From a virus: a DNA stretch of 24,961 nucleotides. The notes beneath the pieces were generated by a model, which searched no databases, was not told where the DNA came from, and saw only the letters and a program-made list of their open reading frames with translations. A program made the position numbers and the translations under genes. Below are positions 21,262 through 24,961 of the stretch, piece after piece. The number at the start of each line of letters is the position of its first letter. Within the stretch, counting starts at the first letter, position 1. Where the stretch lies: the UHGV virus genome UHGV-0275691. One strand, 5' to 3'.

Positions 21262-21299
21262 TTGACCAATAGTTAAAGAAATCTTAAATTTAAGTCATC
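21262..21299 (+). promoter_or_regulatory. pL promoter (TTGACC-N17-TAAATT) overlapped by an OL operator palindrome CTTAAATTTAAG (21288-21299)
   Basis: Consensus-like -35/-10 oriented toward N; perfect 12-bp palindrome with the TTAAG half-site over the -10. Confidence 0.6.
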
Positions 21300-21336
21300 G
21301 GCAGGACGCTGGTAGCCAAACGGAACAGATTGGCAG

Positions 21337-21378
21337 GCTCTTTAACATTGATGGGATTGTCCCGCCGAAATGCGGGAA
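21337..21378 (+). promoter_or_regulatory. nutL: nutL: boxA (GCTCTTTAACA) followed by the boxB hairpin
   Basis: Same 19-nt boxB core as nutR in the opposite orientation, 107 nt upstream of the N start. Confidence 0.65.
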
Positions 21379-21484
21379 CCAAAGAGTAGTTGGCTTTGGG
21401 GTGACGTGAAGTGCAGCTGCACGACGGCAACCGGAAGATAAGCACCCGGCGCGTCACCGCCAAAGTCAATCATCGGAGGTCAAC

Positions 21485-21757
21485 ATGGCAGTAGTCATTA
21501 CATATCTGGCTGACGATAACGCCAGAAATCGCCGCAGAGCACGCAGACAGGCTCAACGTGAGCAGGCAATGCAAGAACAGCGACTGGCGCGAAAAATTGC
21601 GCTAAAGCTCTCTGGTTGCGTCAGAGCAGACAAAGCAGCATCACTCGGAAGCCTTCGCTGCAAGAAGGCAGATGAATGCAGTGGAAGTATTTGCCTGCCA
21701 AACGTAGCCATTTACGCGGCAGGCTACCGGAAATCAAAACAACTGACGGCGAGATGA
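21485..21757 (+). CDS. N: Antitermination protein N (arginine-rich motif), P22 gp24-like, 90 aa
   Basis: GGAGGT RBS; N-terminal arginine-rich motif NARNRRRARRQAQREQ; first gene downstream of pL/nutL; C-terminus resembles recalled P22 gp24. Confidence 0.8.
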   Translation: MAVVITYLADDNARNRRRARRQAQREQAMQEQRLARKIALKLSGCVRADKAASLGSLRCKKADECSGSICLPNVAIYAAGYRKSKQLTAR

Positions 21758-21773
21758 TAAATTAATTTGCTAA

Positions 21774-22355
21774 TTACTTGTTTTTGCCATGCTTATCCTG
21801 AGCGATAAGTTCATCCATAAGACTGTCTTTCTTCCCAGCAAACCTAATGTAGCACTCATTTCTATAGCGTTCCGGGATAACAAAACGGTCGATTTCAGGA
21901 TATCCAGTAGCAGAAGGTACCCGAATAAGAAGCCCTTTTTCGAGCAATGAGATTGCTTCAGGGCTTCCCTTTTCTGTCTTTAGCTGGTTATTAGCGGCTA
22001 CAGCGAATGCCAAATACGCTCTTTCTCCAAGAGTTAACGAATCAAACAAATCTTGCACGTATTTCTCTTCTTTAGATTTGCGCTTCTGAGCAGCGAATAT
22101 CTCAATTCTTTCAGTCACAGCGTGATAAGCGGAATTAACAACGCCGTTAAGCACATAGCTAACGCAAAACAACAGGATGTAATACATCCAGTAATGAGGA
22201 AGGATTTCTGGATTATGCAGGTTTATCCATTCTTTTACGCTTATAGGCATAACAATAATCAATATGATTAGGATGATTAGCATATGAATCAACTGTTTAA
22301 GTGTCATTCCTTGCAGGAAAAAATGCATTAGTTCCTGCCACCATGAGTTGTTCAT
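21774..22355 (-). CDS. sieB: Superinfection exclusion protein SieB (membrane Abi-type protein), 193 aa
   Basis: Two hydrophobic helices (LIHMLIILIILIIVMPI; YWMYYILLFCVSYVL); matches my recollection of P22 SieB; located next to N on the opposite strand, as sieB is in P22 and lambda. Confidence 0.8.
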   Translation of the reverse strand: MNNSWWQELMHFFLQGMTLKQLIHMLIILIILIIVMPISVKEWINLHNPEILPHYWMYYILLFCVSYVLNGVVNSAYHAVTERIEIFAAQKRKSKEEKYVQDLFDSLTLGERAYLAFAVAANNQLKTEKGSPEAISLLEKGLLIRVPSATGYPEIDRFVIPERYRNECYIRFAGKKDSLMDELIAQDKHGKNK

Positions 22356-22569
22356 CGGCGTTTCTCTTTTGCTCTCTGTAGGGGTGAATAGAGTTTATCC
22401 GATTTCTCGCTGTAGGGGTACACGAGAACCACCGACCCTGATGTGGTTAAAAGACAGGCATACTAATAAACACTGCACTGTGTATTCATTCCAACGAGTG
22501 AATACACTGAGCAATGTCGCTCGTAACTAAACAGGAGCCGACTTGTTCTGATTATTGGAAATCTTCTTT

Positions 22570-22597
22570 GCCCTCCAATGTGAGGGCGATTTTTTAT
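22570..22597 (+). terminator. Rho-independent terminator in the leftward operon upstream of ea10 (GCCCTC-loop-GAGGGC then TTTTTT)
   Basis: 6-bp GC stem plus T tract on the plus strand; tL-type terminator expected to be read through by N-modified polymerase. Confidence 0.6.
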
Positions 22598-22615
22598 CTG
22601 TGAGGATATGAATAG

Positions 22616-22984
22616 ATGTCAAACATCAAAAAATACATCATTGATTACGACTGGAAAGCATCAATAGAAATTGAAATCGACCATGACGTAATGACAGAGG
22701 AAAAACTTCACCAGATTAATAATTTCTGGTCAGACTCTGAATACCGACTCAATAAACACGGCTCTGTATTAAATGCTGTATTAATCATGCTGGCGCAACA
22801 TGCTCTGCTTATAGCAATTTCAAGCGACTTAAATGCATATGGTGTTGTGTGTGAGTTCGACTGGAATGATGGAAATGGTCAGGAAGGATGGCCTCCAATG
22901 GATGGTAGCGAAGGAATAAGAATTACCGATATCGATACATCAGGAATATTTGATTCAGATGATATGACTATCAAAGCCGCCTGA
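22616..22984 (+). CDS. ea10: Early protein Ea10 (122 aa)
   Basis: Matches recalled lambda Ea10; position upstream of cIII in the pL operon. Confidence 0.85.
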   Translation: MSNIKKYIIDYDWKASIEIEIDHDVMTEEKLHQINNFWSDSEYRLNKHGSVLNAVLIMLAQHALLIAISSDLNAYGVVCEFDWNDGNGQEGWPPMDGSEGIRITDIDTSGIFDSDDMTIKAA

Positions 22985-23056
22985 GCGCGGCGTTACCGCA
23001 TACCAATAACGCTTCACTCGAGGCGTTTTTCGTTATGTATAAATAAGGAGCACACC

Positions 23057-23221
23057 ATGCAATATGCCATTGCAGGGTGGCCTGTTGCTGGCTGCCCTTC
23101 CGAATCTTTACTTGAACGAATCACCCGTAAATTACGTGACGGATGGAAACGCCTTATCGACATACTTAATCAGCCAGGAGTCCCAAAAAATGGATCAAAC
23201 ACTTATGGCTATCCAGACTAA
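23057..23221 (+). CDS. cIII: CIII (FtsH inhibitor that stabilises CII), 54 aa
   Basis: Manual translation [54 protein letters not shown] matches lambda CIII; AAGGAG RBS; below the ORF-track cutoff. Confidence 0.92.
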   Translation: MQYAIAGWPVAGCPSESLLERITRKLRDGWKRLIDILNQPGVPKNGSNTYGYPD

Positions 23222-23333
23222 ATTCACTATCGCCACTTTTATTGGCGATGAAAAGATGTTTCGTGAGGCCGTCGACGCTTATAAAAAATGGATATTAATA
23301 CTGAAACTGAGATCAAGCAAAAGCATTCACTAA
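23190..23333 (+). CDS. kil: Kil (FtsZ inhibitor), 47 aa
   Basis: [47 protein letters not shown] matches lambda Kil; 32-nt overlap with cIII as in lambda. Confidence 0.9.
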   Translation: MDQTLMAIQTKFTIATFIGDEKMFREAVDAYKKWILILKLRSSKSIH

Positions 23334-23704
23334 CCCCCTTTCCTGTTTTCCTAATCAGCCCGGCATTTCGCGGGCGATATTTTCACAGCTATTTCAGGAG
23401 TTCAGCCATGAACGCTTATTACATTCAGGATCGTCTTGAGGCTCAGAGCTGGACGCGTCACTACCAGCAGATCGCCCGTGAAGAGAAAGAGGCAGAACTG
23501 GCAGACGACATGGAAAAAGGTCTGCCCCAGCACCTGTTTGAATCACTCTGCATCGATCATTTACAACGCCACGGGGCCAGCAAAAAAGCCATTACCCGTG
23601 CGTTTGATGACGATGTTGAGTTTCAGGAGCGCATGGCAGAACACATCCGGTACATGGTTGAAACCATTGCTCACCACCAGGTTGATATTGATTCAGAGGT
23701 ATAA
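23288..23704 (+). CDS. gam: Gam (RecBCD inhibitor), 138 aa
   Basis: Near-identical to recalled lambda Gam. Confidence 0.95.
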   Translation: MDINTETEIKQKHSLTPFPVFLISPAFRGRYFHSYFRSSAMNAYYIQDRLEAQSWTRHYQQIAREEKEAELADDMEKGLPQHLFESLCIDHLQRHGASKKAITRAFDDDVEFQERMAEHIRYMVETIAHHQVDIDSEV

Positions 23705-23709
23705 AACGG

Positions 23710-24495
23710 ATGAGTACAGCACTCGCAACGCTGGCTGGGAAGCTGGCTGAACGCGTCGGCATGGATTCTGTCGACCCACAGGAACTGATCACCACTCTTC
23801 GCCAGACGGCATTTAAAGGTGATGCCAGCGATGCGCAGTTCATCGCATTGTTGATCGTCGCCAACCAGTACGGCCTTAATCCGTGGACGAAAGAAATTTA
23901 CGCCTTCCCTGACAAGCAGAACGGCATCGTTCCGGTGGTGGGCGTTGATGGCTGGTCCCGTATCATCAATGAAAACCAGCAGTTTGATGGCATGGACTTT
24001 GAGCAGGACAATGAATCATGTACATGCCGGATTTACCGCAAGGACCGTAATCATCCGATCTGCGTTACCGAGTGGATGGATGAATGCCGCCGCGAACCAT
24101 TCAAAACCCGCGAAGGCAGAGAAATCACCGGACCGTGGCAGTCGCATCCCAAACGGATGTTACGGCATAAAGCCATGATTCAGTGTGCCCGTCTGGCCTT
24201 CGGATTTGCTGGTATCTATGACAAGGATGAAGCCGAGCGCATTGTCGAAAATACTGCATACACTGCAGAACGTCAGCCGGAACGCGACATCACTCCGGTT
24301 AACGATGAAACCATGCAGGAGATTAACACTCTGCTGATCGCCCTGGATAAAACATGGGATGACGACTTATTGCCGCTCTGTTCCCAGATATTTCGCCGCG
24401 ACATTCGCGCATCGTCAGAACTGACACAGGCCGAAGCAGTGAAAGCTCTTGGATTCCTGAAACAGAAAGCCACTGAGCAGAAGGTGGCAGCATGA
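23710..24495 (+). CDS. bet: Bet (Red-beta single-strand annealing protein), 261 aa
   Basis: Near-identical to recalled lambda Bet. Confidence 0.96.
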
Positions 24496-24961
24496 CACCG
24501 GACATTATACTGCAGCGTACCGGGATCGACGTAAGAGCTGTCGAACAGGGGGATGATGCATGGCACAAATTACGGCTCGGCGTCATCACCGCTTCAGAAG
24601 TTCACAACGTGATAGCCAAGCCCCGCTCAGGAAAGAAGTGGCCTGACATGAAAATGTCCTACTTCCACACCCTGCTGGCTGAGGTTTGCACCGGTGTGGC
24701 TCCGGAAGTTAATGCTAAGGCGCTGGCATGGGGAAAACAGTACGAGAACGACGCCAGAACTCTGTTTGAATTCACTTCCGGCGTGAATGTTACTGAATCC
24801 CCGATCATCTATCGCGACGAAAGTATGCGCACCGCCTGCTCTCCCGATGGTTTATGCAGTGACGGCAATGGCCTTGAGCTGAAATGCCCGTTTACCTCCC
24901 GGGATTTCATGAAGTTCCGGCTCGGTGGTTTCGAGGCAATAAAATCGGCTTACATGGCCCA
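24492..24961 (+). CDS. exo: Exo (Red-alpha 5'-3' exonuclease), 3'-truncated by the window end
   Basis: ATGA overlap with the bet stop; translation [40 protein letters not shown]... matches lambda Exo. Confidence 0.95.

Noticed and set aside
22348-22530. 60-aa plus-strand ORF between sieB and ea10 (checked as a possible ral)
   Set aside because: Does not resemble lambda Ral and has no RBS; the region is better explained as the sieB promoter/regulatory region.

Overview
This window is a mosaic lambdoid prophage of the enterobacterial (E. coli-type) kind, read here in prophage order with cos in the middle and most genes on the minus strand. Gene calls rest on my recall of lambda, P22 and E. coli K-12 prophage proteins matched against the supplied ORF translations; no database search was run, so identities are from memory. 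From left to right: lambda-type tail/head genes U, Z, FII, FI, E, D, Nu3/C, B, W, A, Nu1 (263-9015), cosN, then a cos-proximal cargo region (small RHH-like ORF, DUF1398-like ORF, and a T5orf172/GIY-YIG-like gene where lambda carries bor). Next come the lysis cassette (Rz/Rz1, SAR-type endolysin R, a YdfR-position ORF, S21-type holin S, plus an antisense ORF), an OmpC-family porin between S and Q, a DLP12-type Q, and a nin region (ylcG, rusA, ybcO remnant, ninE, Dam-like methyltransferase, ninB, ren). Lambda-type replication genes P and O with ori iterons are followed by a P22-type immunity module (c1, cro, c2, N) with matching nutL/nutR boxB copies, sieB, and lambda-type ea10, cIII, kil, gam, bet and partial exo. 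The most notable observations are: the first 262 bp are an exact scrambled palindrome of U-gene sequence with no V gene present; gene C carries a 1-nt frameshift; and two cargo loci look like candidate uncharacterised functions (the T5orf172 insertion near cos and the antisense ORF inside the lysis cassette). No tRNA, rRNA, CRISPR array or transposase gene was found.
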